A DNA stretch of 64,000 nt from Gammaproteobacteria bacterium (GTDB lineage Bacteria > Pseudomonadota > Gammaproteobacteria > Steroidobacterales > JABDMI01): positions 1,577 through 65,576 of the forward strand of contig JABDMI010000036.1 in NCBI GenBank assembly GCA_013001575.1. The letters run 5' to 3'. Under the pieces are notes generated by a model. It had not been told where the DNA came from and did not search any database. It was given only the letters and a program-made list of their open reading frames with translations. Within the stretch, counting starts at the first letter, position 1, and each line of letters opens with the position of its first letter. Shown one piece after another: positions 40,182 to 49,548 of the stretch. The position numbers and the translations under genes are program-made.

Positions 40182-41150
40182 TCACTTGTTCGCTATAACT
40201 ACCGCCCTAACCGGTCTTGGGTGTCCTTCCACGGTTTTACTCTTATCATCCTTATCCAGAAAATCGGGTAATGATTCAAAACTCATCCACTCGGTGCAGC
40301 GTTGTTCATCGATTGTTGTTTCAGTCACGTCCACAATGCGGACATTGTTAAAACCGGCGTCTTTAGTCCATTGTTTTAGTACGGACAAAGACGGCACCGC
40401 CCAAACGTTTCGCATTTTCGCGTAACGTCCTTCGGGGATCAAAACTTTATCTTCATCTGTATCAAGCACCAAAGTTTCCAACACCAGTTCACCCTCCTCG
40501 CGCAACAAACTTTTTAATTTGGCCAGATGTTCTAAATGCGATTTACGGTGATACAAAACGCCCATCGAGAACACCGTATCAAAACCAGTAAGATTTTCCG
40601 GTAGATCGTCTACCCCAAGCGGCAAAACAAAATTGGGAACGTTTCCGGCAAACTCGCGCAACACCAGAAATTGTGAAATGAATAGCCACATCGGATCAAT
40701 ACCCAACACCGCTTTGGCACCAGCGCCTAACATCTGGTATCCGAAATACCCGTTACCGCAACCCACATCCAGAACCGTTCTGTAAGTCATGTCACTCAAA
40801 TGCGGTGCCACGCGTTGCCATTTCCAGTCCGAGTGCCATTCGGTATCAATAAACACATCAGCCAGATTGAATGGCCCCTTGCGCCAGGGTTTGAGTTGCT
40901 GCAAATGTGGGATCAGTTTTTCAGGGTGCGATGCCGAATATCCCAAATTCAGAGTTTCACCGACCTCACACAGGGGCGAGGCAAATTGTTGAATCGCTTC
41001 TAAAGCCGCCATCCAGCGAGGTATATCACCATGCTGACAATTCTGAATAAGCGATTCGACACGCGAGAATAAGGCCTCTTTAGCCTGCAATTCTGTTGTC
41101 CCGAGTAAATACTTGAGATCATCCAGTGGATAAAAGTCTTTAATTGGCAT
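40182..41150 (-). CDS. cmoB: tRNA U34 carboxymethyltransferase
   Basis: 322 aa. WRKGPF…IDTEWHSDWKW…LDVGCGNGY, adjacent to cmoA. Confidence 0.92.
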   Translation of the reverse strand: MPIKDFYPLDDLKYLLGTTELQAKEALFSRVESLIQNCQHGDIPRWMAALEAIQQFASPLCEVGETLNLGYSASHPEKLIPHLQQLKPWRKGPFNLADVFIDTEWHSDWKWQRVAPHLSDMTYRTVLDVGCGNGYFGYQMLGAGAKAVLGIDPMWLFISQFLVLREFAGNVPNFVLPLGVDDLPENLTGFDTVFSMGVLYHRKSHLEHLAKLKSLLREEGELVLETLVLDTDEDKVLIPEGRYAKMRNVWAVPSLSVLKQWTKDAGFNNVRIVDVTETTIDEQRCTEWMSFESLPDFLDKDDKSKTVEGHPRPVRAVVIANK

Positions 41151-41174
41151 AGGTAAGAATTCGAAGCGTTCGGG

Positions 41175-41921
41175 CTATTTAATTGCGAGATACGACACGA
41201 AATTAAAGGCCTGAAACCATTTAATGACTTTTTGGAAACCAAGGTCTTTAAGCCGCTGTATTTGCACCGAATCCGTGTCCAGGCGCATGACCTCTTCCAG
41301 AGCATTACGTTTTTGGGCAATCTCAAGCTCGGAATATCCCTGTGAGCGTTTGAAATCGTGGTGCAGATCAAAAACCAGTGCGTCATCAGTTGGATCATCA
41401 AACTTGATCTTTTCCGACAAGATCAATGCACCACCCGCATTCAGCGACGCATGAATCTTTTGTAGCATCGTGATCCGATCCGCAGGCTCCAGAAACTGTA
41501 AAACGAAATTCAACACCGTGAATGAATTCGACTGCAGATCAATATCACGAATGTCGGCAACTACAGTCTTGAATGGATGTTGCCATTGATAATCTTTGGT
41601 CACCTCGGTTAATCGATTTAACATGGCTTGTGAATTATCCACCGCAATAATCTCGAATTTTTTATCCTGTACCGACTGATCCACACTCAAACTGACCGCC
41701 CCCAATGAACAACCCAGATCATAAACTCTGGAATCGGGTTCAACGTAACGCTGTGCAAGCAAACCAATGTACTTGACCAGATCGGCATACGCTGGAATGG
41801 AACGATTGACCATGTCGGTAAATACCGAGGCCACGGCATCATCAAAACGAAAATCTTCCACCTGAGTGATCTTTTTGGCGTAGATGGCGTCGGCGGTCAA
41901 ATTTGAAAAGGATTCGGACAT
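41175..41921 (-). CDS. cmoA: carboxy-S-adenosyl-L-methionine synthase
   Basis: FDDAVASVFTDMVNRSIPAYADL…VYDLGCSLGA. The ATG at 41921 gives 248 aa, comparable to E. coli CmoA. The ORF-track TTG at 41942 is also possible. Confidence 0.9.
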   Translation of the reverse strand: MSESFSNLTADAIYAKKITQVEDFRFDDAVASVFTDMVNRSIPAYADLVKYIGLLAQRYVEPDSRVYDLGCSLGAVSLSVDQSVQDKKFEIIAVDNSQAMLNRLTEVTKDYQWQHPFKTVVADIRDIDLQSNSFTVLNFVLQFLEPADRITMLQKIHASLNAGGALILSEKIKFDDPTDDALVFDLHHDFKRSQGYSELEIAQKRNALEEVMRLDTDSVQIQRLKDLGFQKVIKWFQAFNFVSYLAIK

Positions 41922-41983
41922 TAGAATATTCGGATTGAGCAATACTGGTAAAATGGCATTTTAAACGATTCGATAGATTTCCT

Positions 41984-43339
41984 GTGTCTGATTCCCCTTC
42001 TACAACAATCCCTGCCCACGGCACCGTCGGCTTTGTCAGCCTGGGCTGCCCTAAAGCCCTGGTGGATTCCGAAAGAATACTCACCCAGTTGCGGGTGGAT
42101 GGTTACGACATTGTCGGTAATTATGACGATGCCGATGTGGTGGTGGTGAATACCTGTGGCTTCATTGACTCCGCAGTGGCCGAAAGTCTGGATACCATTG
42201 GCGAGGCTCTGAACGAGAATGGCAAGGTCATTGTGACCGGTTGTCTGGGCGTACATCCCGACGTGATTCGTGAACAACATCCGAATGTGCTGGCCATAAC
42301 CGGACCGCAGCAATACGAATCGGTGGTCTCGGAAGTGCATAAACATGTGCCGATTCCTGAAGTGAATCCGCATCTGGACCTGATCCCGAGACAATTGACC
42401 GATACCGGCGTCAAGCTCACGCCCCGGCATTACGCGTATTTGAAAATTTCCGAAGGCTGTAATCACAAATGCAGTTTTTGCATTATTCCGAGCATGCGCG
42501 GCAAACTCCAAAGCCGTAATATTTCCGATGTGATGGGTGAAGCCCAACGCCTGGCAGCCGCCGGGGTTAAAGAACTCCTGGTTATCGCTCAGGACACCAG
42601 TGCCTATGGCGTCGATATTAAATACCAAAAAGGTTCATGGCTAGGCAACGAATACGACACCCGTTTTGAAGACCTGTGTGTGGCGCTTGGGCGTTTAGGG
42701 ATCTGGGCGCGTTTGCATTATGTCTACCCTTACCCGCATGTGGACAAGGTCATACACTTGATGGCCGAAGGCAAGATTCTTCCCTATCTCGACATTCCTT
42801 TACAACATGGCAGTCCGTCCGTACTCAAAAGAATGAAACGCCCGGCTGCTGCGGTCAATACCCTGGAGCGCATCAAGAAATGGCGCGAGATCTGTCCTGA
42901 GATCACCATTCGCAGCACCTTTATTGTCGGCTTTCCGGGTGAGACCGATGAAGAGTTTGAAGAATTGCTGGCATTCTTGAAACAAGCCCAACTCGACCGG
43001 GTTGGCTGTTTTCAGTATTCGCCGGTAGAGGGTGCTCGCGCAAATGCACTGGAAAACCACGTGCCGGACGCTATCAAAGAAGCGCGTTGGCATAAGTTTA
43101 TGCAAACCCAACAAGCAATCTCATCAGCTAAACTACAAAACAAAATTGGCAGCACCCAACGTGTCCTGGTAGACGAGATACTTGAGGATGTGATCATTGC
43201 CCGTAGCGAAGCCGACGCCCCGGAGATCGATGGACTGGTCAAGATCGATCCACACCCTGAGGTTAAAGTGGGTGAGTTTTATGAGGTGCTTATCGATGAC
43301 GCCGACGAATACGACTTGTTTGGGAAAATAAAACCCTAA
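41984..43339 (+). CDS. rimO: ribosomal protein S12 methylthiotransferase
   Basis: 451 aa with a GTG start. [16 protein letters not shown], the radical-SAM motif CNHKCSFC, and a TRAM domain at the C-terminus. Confidence 0.95.
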   Translation: MSDSPSTTIPAHGTVGFVSLGCPKALVDSERILTQLRVDGYDIVGNYDDADVVVVNTCGFIDSAVAESLDTIGEALNENGKVIVTGCLGVHPDVIREQHPNVLAITGPQQYESVVSEVHKHVPIPEVNPHLDLIPRQLTDTGVKLTPRHYAYLKISEGCNHKCSFCIIPSMRGKLQSRNISDVMGEAQRLAAAGVKELLVIAQDTSAYGVDIKYQKGSWLGNEYDTRFEDLCVALGRLGIWARLHYVYPYPHVDKVIHLMAEGKILPYLDIPLQHGSPSVLKRMKRPAAAVNTLERIKKWREICPEITIRSTFIVGFPGETDEEFEELLAFLKQAQLDRVGCFQYSPVEGARANALENHVPDAIKEARWHKFMQTQQAISSAKLQNKIGSTQRVLVDEILEDVIIARSEADAPEIDGLVKIDPHPEVKVGEFYEVLIDDADEYDLFGKIKP

Positions 43340-43404
43340 ATTTACGCAGATTGGATTTAAAATTTATACCTGAAAAAAACTTGTAGATGCCCGGGATCAA
43401 TAGC

Positions 43405-43941
43405 ATGAAAAAAACAGCACTGCTTCTTACTTTCATCCTGACGGGCATTATGTTGGCCGCCTGCAGTAAAACACATAGTGATCCAGATTCAGAATATACC
43501 GGTCCTAAAGCGAGCATTGAGGATTTCACACCCTTGATCAATAAAGAATGGTCCGGAACCCTAACCTATCTGGATTACAGCGGCAAGAATAAACGCTACA
43601 CAATTCCAAGCAAGGCAAAGGTGGATATCAGATCGAATTATAAAGTCGCTTATCAAATAGAATATCCGGATGAACCGCACATGAATTCGACCGGCAAAAT
43701 TCGGCTATCCAGGGACGGAACAAAACTGGATAAAAATATTATATCCAGGCGTGAATTGATTCCTGAAAATTCACTGGTCCTGGTCACTGAAGCGATGGGC
43801 AAAGACAATAACCAGGCTGCGATGATACGTACGACCTATGAGATATCAGATTCGCGCTTTGTTATCCGGAATGACTTTAAAACACCAGAATCTGAAAAAT
43901 ACATCAACCGTAATGAATACGTTTTTAAGAGCAATAATTAA
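43405..43941 (+). CDS. hypothetical lipoprotein
   Basis: MKKTALLLTFILTGIMLAAC carries a lipobox. The remainder looks beta-rich and no family was recognised. Confidence 0.5.
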   Translation: MKKTALLLTFILTGIMLAACSKTHSDPDSEYTGPKASIEDFTPLINKEWSGTLTYLDYSGKNKRYTIPSKAKVDIRSNYKVAYQIEYPDEPHMNSTGKIRLSRDGTKLDKNIISRRELIPENSLVLVTEAMGKDNNQAAMIRTTYEISDSRFVIRNDFKTPESEKYINRNEYVFKSNN

Positions 43942-43974
43942 AACCGCTGTGTTTGCACTTCAGTCTAAACCCGG

Positions 43975-44586
43975 TCACGCGGTACTGATCACGCCCTGAA
44001 AATGTGCGGGTGACATACCCAGGTCGGAAGCTATTTTTGCCAGGTATTCCTGTTCGGCGTCTTGAAATTCGCCATCGGCCATCGCTACATAGAATGCGGC
44101 CTTGAGCACCAGTTCCTTGCCTTCATCATTGAGATTTCCTTGCAGGCGTCGCAGCGTTTTTTTCAAGTCGTATTCTTGTCCCTTAAGCAAACTTGCTTCA
44201 CGTTTTAACTGTTCGATACTGATGGATTTACGCGTGAGGCGTTGATAAACCTGCTGCACCATGTCGAATTCGGCCTGACGCAGTTTGTTGTCGATCAACA
44301 GCATTAATAGCATCACTGTTTTAATCGCTGAATGGTACTCGGCTTCAAACTCGGATTTACTCAGATCTCTATCCGAATCCAGAACTAAAGGCTTATACGT
44401 ATCCTTACAAGCCAGACACTCCACATAATCACCCAACTGGTTTAAAGGGATTAAAGGCACCTGGTAAAAGGTGACAAAATCACGCACTCTTTTTAATTCA
44501 AAATTTTGCACCGAGCGGCAATTGGGGCAATGGAAATCGCCTTTTTTTATCGGTGAACTCAAACCTTTTTTGCCAAATAGAATCAT
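43975..44586 (-). CDS. zinc-ribbon + TerB-like domain protein
   Basis: 203 aa. N-terminal CPNC…CLAC ribbon. The C-terminal two-thirds resembles a TerB-type helical bundle (…AAFYVAMADGEFQDAEQEYLAKIASDLGMS). Confidence 0.6.
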   Translation of the reverse strand: MILFGKKGLSSPIKKGDFHCPNCRSVQNFELKRVRDFVTFYQVPLIPLNQLGDYVECLACKDTYKPLVLDSDRDLSKSEFEAEYHSAIKTVMLLMLLIDNKLRQAEFDMVQQVYQRLTRKSISIEQLKREASLLKGQEYDLKKTLRRLQGNLNDEGKELVLKAAFYVAMADGEFQDAEQEYLAKIASDLGMSPAHFQGVISTA

Positions 44587-44674
44587 ATTCGCTCGAGTTC
44601 TCTGTTGGTGTGTGTCAGTGTCGCGTTACGTTTGTATCGATTCTAGCCGATGTACCAATAAGTTAAAGAACTAT

Positions 44675-45235
44675 TTAACTTTTTCGGCCAGATCCTTGCT
44701 CAAGCCAGCCCAGACCGGCGCCGACCAATAATCCGAACAAGTGTCCTTCCCAGGACACGTGGCTTTGTAATGGTGAAATACCCGAGAAAATTATCCCGCC
44801 GTACAAACTGAACACGATCGCCGAGCCCATCAAGGGCACACTTTCTTTGGTTCTCAGTCCGGCGACTAACAGATAGCCGATCAAACCAAATACCAGACCA
44901 CTGGCGCCAATGTGAATGGCAGTGCGCCCGAATATCCACAACAAGATTCCGCTGCCAATCACAATGCTGGCAATGACTTGCCAGAAATTGCGCGTGGTGT
45001 TGGCGAGAATATTCAGCAACACCAGAAGTGGCCAGGTGTTGTTTAGGATGTGTTTCCAGTCACTATGCAAAAAAGGCATGCTCACAATCCCGTACATCCC
45101 TTGCCCGCTGCGCGGTATCAAACCGTAGTTTTCCAGCGGTAGAAATCTGTCGAATACAAAAATAAGCCAGATGGCAACCAGAAACCCGATGGTTCCAACT
45201 GCCCGGTTTTTAATATGTTCGAGATTGTATTTCAC
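44675..45235 (-). CDS. rhomboid-family intramembrane serine protease (short 6-TM form)
   Basis: HILNN (HxxxN), HIGASGLVFG (catalytic Ser) and WEGHLFGLLVG (catalytic His). The start is placed at GTG 45235, which overlaps the upstream gene's TGA (GTGA). The ORF-track start at 45385 would be translated through that gene. Confidence 0.85.
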   Translation of the reverse strand: MKYNLEHIKNRAVGTIGFLVAIWLIFVFDRFLPLENYGLIPRSGQGMYGIVSMPFLHSDWKHILNNTWPLLVLLNILANTTRNFWQVIASIVIGSGILLWIFGRTAIHIGASGLVFGLIGYLLVAGLRTKESVPLMGSAIVFSLYGGIIFSGISPLQSHVSWEGHLFGLLVGAGLGWLEQGSGRKS

Positions 45236-45540
45236 TTGTTTTCCAGCAGGATGGCAGCAAAAACCGCCACCAAAGCCGGTGTGGCGAAATAGCCGATGAC
45301 TTTGACTGACCAATTCATGATCCAGAGATTCATGTCGCGGGGAATGCCGCCATAATCCATGGGGATAATGAAGATCAACACCCACACAATCGGGCTAATG
45401 ATCAGCATGGCTTTACGTATGGTTTTTTTGGATTCGGGTTTGCCTTTAAATTTGTCCAAAGAACGGTAAATCACATTCATGCTCAAACGCATGGCAGCAA
45501 AAGCGACAACTGAAACTACGGCAAGAACGATAAGAGACAT
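45232..45540 (-). CDS. small three-TM membrane protein, hypothetical
   Basis: 102 aa with three hydrophobic segments and a basic loop (KFKGKPESKKTIRK). Its stop overlaps the rhomboid start. Confidence 0.5.
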   Translation of the reverse strand: MSLIVLAVVSVVAFAAMRLSMNVIYRSLDKFKGKPESKKTIRKAMLIISPIVWVLIFIIPMDYGGIPRDMNLWIMNWSVKVIGYFATPALVAVFAAILLENK

Positions 45541-45561
45541 GATTAACCTGTGATCAAGATT

Positions 45562-47289
45562 TTAATAGCCTGCGGCCTGACCATCTTTGCGTGATTCGGA
45601 AGCGCCATAAAACACTTTATTCTTTTCATCCCATAAAATCGCCTGATAGCCGCCATAACCACCAACCCCAAAACGGACTTTGTGACCCTTCAGCATCAGT
45701 CCACGCACAATGTCATAGGGAACACCGGATTCCACTTCCACATAACCGCCATCGCTTAAATATTTGGAATTCGACTCGGTTGGTTCGGTGGAACCAAAGT
45801 GTTGCCAACGGGCGGCATCTCCGGCTTCCTGCAAATTCATGCCGAAATCGATGTGATTCACAATGATCTGCACATGTCCCTGCGGTTGCATACCGCCACC
45901 CATTAAACCAAAACTGATGTAAGGCTTGTCATTTTTAGTGACAAAGGCAGGAATGATAGTGTGAAAAGGTCTTTTATTCGGGGCATACACATTCGCGTGT
46001 CCCGGATCCATAGAGAATAACTCACCGCGGTCTTGCAGCATAAAACCGGTATCCGGGATCACAATACCCGACCCCATGCCTCGATAGTTGCTTTGAATTA
46101 ACGACACCATGTTGCCGTCTTTATCCGCCGTGGTCATGTAAATGGTGTCACCCTTGCGTAAGCCCGGATGACCCGCGTCAACTGTACGTGCTGAACGTTC
46201 ACCTATCAAGCTGGCGCGTTGCTTTCCGTACTTGTCGGATAACAATGCAGCGATGGGTTGTTGGCTAAAATCCGGATCGGCATAAAATTTTGCCCGATCT
46301 TCAAAGGCCAGTTTTTTGGCCTCGATCAAATGATGCAGTGATTCGACCGAGTTATACCCCATGGACTTAATATCAAAATTTTTCAGGATCGATAGCATTT
46401 GCAAAGCCGCAATCCCCTGACCGTTCGGAGGTAACTCCCACACATCGTATCCACGGTAATTCACACTCAAAGGCTCTACCCATTCGGATTTGTGCGAAGT
46501 GAAATCTACTTTACGCATATAGCCACCATTAGCTCGCATAAACGCATCCATTTTGTCGGCGATCTCGCCCTGGTAAAAAGCCTCGCGACCCTTGCTTGCC
46601 AATAAAGCTAACGTCTTGGCCAAGTCCGGATTTTTAAACACCTCGCCTTTTTTAGGTGCCTTACCACTCGGATAATAAGTTTCTTGCCAGGCACCCGGCT
46701 GATCCTTGAAACGCGATTGGCTGCGTTCCCAGTAAAAAGCAATAAGCTCCGAGACTGGAAAGCCCTTGTTGGCATAGTCAATTGTTGGCTGGAGGATGTC
46801 GGACATTTGCATACTGCCAAATTTATTATGCAACTCAAACCAGCCATCCACCGTACCGGGCACACTGATCGGCAACACACCATAAGCCGGAATCTTGTGG
46901 GTGCCGCGTTTTTCCAGTTCGGATTGAAGATCGACGTAACTCATGCCTTGCGGTGAACGACCGGATGCATTCAAGCCATAAAGTTTTTTATCTTTGGCAC
47001 TCCAGACGATCGCAAACAGATCGCCCCCGATACCGTTGCCGGTGGGCTCCATCAGACCTAAAGCCGCATTCGCAGCAATGGCTGCATCAATGGCATTACC
47101 CCCGGCTTTGAGAATATCCAGACCAACCTGGGTAGCGAGCGGCTGGCTGGTTGCCACCATGCCGTTTTGCGCGATCACTTCAGAACGTGTGGTTCCGGGA
47201 ATTCCGGTGACCCGGTCGGGACCGGCCATTAGCGCGGTAGTTGTAAAAACAAATGAGAAAAATAAAAGGCCAATGGAAACATGTTTCAC
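45562..47289 (-). CDS. ggt: gamma-glutamyltransferase
   Basis: Autoprocessing site …KGDTIYMTTADKDGN (Thr nucleophile) and GGMQPQG. The start is placed at GTG 47289, with GGAG upstream and a signal peptide following (VKHVSIGLLFFSFVF…). Confidence 0.92.
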   Translation of the reverse strand: MKHVSIGLLFFSFVFTTTALMAGPDRVTGIPGTTRSEVIAQNGMVATSQPLATQVGLDILKAGGNAIDAAIAANAALGLMEPTGNGIGGDLFAIVWSAKDKKLYGLNASGRSPQGMSYVDLQSELEKRGTHKIPAYGVLPISVPGTVDGWFELHNKFGSMQMSDILQPTIDYANKGFPVSELIAFYWERSQSRFKDQPGAWQETYYPSGKAPKKGEVFKNPDLAKTLALLASKGREAFYQGEIADKMDAFMRANGGYMRKVDFTSHKSEWVEPLSVNYRGYDVWELPPNGQGIAALQMLSILKNFDIKSMGYNSVESLHHLIEAKKLAFEDRAKFYADPDFSQQPIAALLSDKYGKQRASLIGERSARTVDAGHPGLRKGDTIYMTTADKDGNMVSLIQSNYRGMGSGIVIPDTGFMLQDRGELFSMDPGHANVYAPNKRPFHTIIPAFVTKNDKPYISFGLMGGGMQPQGHVQIIVNHIDFGMNLQEAGDAARWQHFGSTEPTESNSKYLSDGGYVEVESGVPYDIVRGLMLKGHKVRFGVGGYGGYQAILWDEKNKVFYGASESRKDGQAAGY

Positions 47290-47358
47290 CGTGTAACTCC
47301 GTTCAAGTTGAAAATTAAATATAGCATAAAACTTTAATCTCTCGCTTATAATCACTGC

Positions 47359-48735
47359 ATGTCAGAACATCAGCCATTAACCATCATCGGTGCCGGTCTT
47401 ACGGGTTCACTGCTGGCTATATTTCTCGCCCGCCGTGGCTATCACGTCAATGTCTACGAACGCAGCATGGACATGCGTTTACAGGAAGTTGACGCCGGAC
47501 GCTCGATCAATCTCGCCCTGGCGCACCGCGGGATTCGAGCATTAAAAAAAGCCGGGGTTTTCGACAAGATCAAACCCATGCTGGTGCCCATGGCCGGAAG
47601 ACAACTGCATGCGGCGGATGGCACGCAACAGTTTCAGGCCTATGGCAGCAAACGTCATGAAGTGAATTACTCATTGTCGCGCGCCGGTTTGAATAAAGCC
47701 TTGATGACCGAGGCCGAAGAAACCGGTCAGGTGACATTTCATTTCAGACACGCATGTCTGGGTGTGAATCTGGAAGCATTGTGTATAAACATTCGCGATC
47801 AAGCTAATCAAGAGGTCATTGATATTCCCGCTGAACATGTATTTGCCTGTGACGGCGCCGGCTCACGCATTCGTCGTGATCTGGTCGCGGCAAACATCTT
47901 GTCTAATCGCGACGAGTTACTCGACCACGCTTACAAGGAATTAACTATTCCGGCTGGAGTTAATGGTGAATACCAGATCATCCGCGAAGCCTTGCACATT
48001 TGGCCGCGTGGTCAATACATGTTAATTGCCCTGCCTAACGATGACGGCAGCTTCACTTTAACCTTGTTTATGCCAAAACACGGAGAGAATAGTTTTTCTG
48101 AATTAAGAGATGACGACTCTATTTTAAAATTCTTCCGGCAACAATTCCCCGACACCCTGGATCTGATTCCCGACCTCTTGAAAGATTTTAAAAACAACCC
48201 GCAAGGCGTGCTTGGAACTGTATATTGCAACCCCTTACATTGGCAAAACAAGGTATTGCTGGCTGGCGATTCATCCCACGCGATTGTTCCATTTCATGGT
48301 CAGGGCATGAATAGCGGGTTTGAGGATTGCATTTTGATTGACGAATTAATCGAAACTTTCAATCAGGATTGGGGCGCGGTGTTTAGTCAATTTTCTATTC
48401 GCCGCAAACAAAATGCCGACGCCATTGCCCAAATGGCACTGGAAAATTACATCACCATGCGTGACAGCGTTCGGCATCCGAAATTTCATTTACGCAAAGC
48501 AATTGAATGGGAGCTGGAATCGAATTTTCCGGATTATTTTATTCCCCGCTATTCCATGGTCATGTTTCATCACATTCCGTACGCCGAAGCATTACGCCGG
48601 GGTGATACACAAAACAAGATCCTGGACGTATTGTGTGAAGAATTAAATGATGTTTCGGAACTGGATCTTGGAACAGCGGAAAAGCTGGTTAAAAACAGCT
48701 TGAGTGAAATAGATAAAGCGTATTTATCTAGCTGA
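47359..48735 (+). CDS. kmo: kynurenine 3-monooxygenase (FAD-dependent)
   Basis: 458 aa. IIGAGLTGSLLAIFLARRGYHVNVYE (GxGxxG), RSINLALAHRG, and GDSSHAIVPFHGQGMN. Confidence 0.85.
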   Translation: MSEHQPLTIIGAGLTGSLLAIFLARRGYHVNVYERSMDMRLQEVDAGRSINLALAHRGIRALKKAGVFDKIKPMLVPMAGRQLHAADGTQQFQAYGSKRHEVNYSLSRAGLNKALMTEAEETGQVTFHFRHACLGVNLEALCINIRDQANQEVIDIPAEHVFACDGAGSRIRRDLVAANILSNRDELLDHAYKELTIPAGVNGEYQIIREALHIWPRGQYMLIALPNDDGSFTLTLFMPKHGENSFSELRDDDSILKFFRQQFPDTLDLIPDLLKDFKNNPQGVLGTVYCNPLHWQNKVLLAGDSSHAIVPFHGQGMNSGFEDCILIDELIETFNQDWGAVFSQFSIRRKQNADAIAQMALENYITMRDSVRHPKFHLRKAIEWELESNFPDYFIPRYSMVMFHHIPYAEALRRGDTQNKILDVLCEELNDVSELDLGTAEKLVKNSLSEIDKAYLSS

Positions 48736-48743
48736 GATATCAC

Positions 48744-48938
48744 GATGGGCACACGGTGTTTTGCCCATCCTACGGATATTTGTCATGACCAAACATAACT
48801 CGAATTCCCGGACCTGATCCGGGATCTCACAAAGTTAAACGGGATTTTTAAGAACCTCAGTTGTAGGATGGGCAAAGCTTGCGTGCCCATCGCCAATGAA
48901 ACAAATTGATGGGCACATTACATTTTGCCCATCCTACG
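48744..48938. repeat. REP/BIME-like cluster: three copies of a ~30-nt palindromic unit in alternating orientation, plus a separate 7-bp hairpin
   Basis: GATGGGCAC-N9-11-TTTGCCCATCCTACG at 48744-48774 (+) and 48908-48938 (+), with its reverse complement at 48863-48891. There is also a tcccgga/tccggga hairpin at 48806-48824. Confidence 0.8.
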
Positions 48939-48948
48939 AATTCAAAAA

Positions 48949-49548
48949 CTACTCTACCCGGTCCAATTGCATAAAATTGTACGCATACTTATGCTTTTCG
49001 TCTTTCGGGTTTTGCTGGTGATGATCCATTTTCCATTTTTTGAGATCGATCTTGGGATAAAAAGCATCGCCGTCCAGATCAACATCAACCAAAGTGACGA
49101 ATAGGCGCTTGGCGTCTTCCAAAGTTTGTTCATACAAATTACCGCCGCCGATGATCATTAACTCGGGGTCGTCCTTACACAAGGCATAAGCCTGTGCAAC
49201 TGAGGTAACGACCTCACACCCATCAAGTTTGAGATCCGGGTTACGGCTTAAAACGATATTGCGTCTTTTGGGTAAGGGCTTACCGATGGAATCGTAGGTT
49301 TTACGCCCCATTAAAATGGGTTTGTTCAGGGTGAGTTTTTTGAAATGTTTGAGGTCATTGGGCAAGCGCCACGGCAAGCCACCATCCACCCCGATCACGC
49401 GATTATTGGAGAAGGCCACCACATGACAGATCAAGTCCGGCCGCCCGGTGGACTTTTCTTCGGTTTGTTTTTGTTCTTCAGCCGTGTCGTCAGATGCTGC
49501 TTTTTTATCAGACGGCAATAGGCGCTTTAATCGACTTATGATACTCAT
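48949..49548 (-). CDS. folA: dihydrofolate reductase
   Basis: The DHFR core starts at …[35 protein letters not shown]. The ORF-track ATG (49548) adds a 38-aa charged extension that overlaps thyA by 41 nt. The TTG at 49434 would give a canonical 162-aa protein. Confidence 0.88.
   Translation of the reverse strand: MSIISRLKRLLPSDKKAASDDTAEEQKQTEEKSTGRPDLICHVVAFSNNRVIGVDGGLPWRLPNDLKHFKKLTLNKPILMGRKTYDSIGKPLPKRRNIVLSRNPDLKLDGCEVVTSVAQAYALCKDDPELMIIGGGNLYEQTLEDAKRLFVTLVDVDLDGDAFYPKIDLKKWKMDHHQQNPKDEKHKYAYNFMQLDRVE

Noticed and set aside
41921-42628. 235-aa ORF on the minus strand
   Set aside because: It lies entirely antisense to rimO, which is full-length and has strong radical-SAM/MTTase motifs. 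Its translation is low-complexity, His/Gly/Ile-rich and lacks recognisable motifs, which is typical of a shadow ORF.
48744-48938. Possible CRISPR array (repeated ~30-nt units with spacers)
   Set aside because: There are only three units. Each is internally palindromic, they alternate in orientation, and their spacing is irregular (about 88 and 16 nt). No cas genes are present. This fits REP/BIME elements, not CRISPR.
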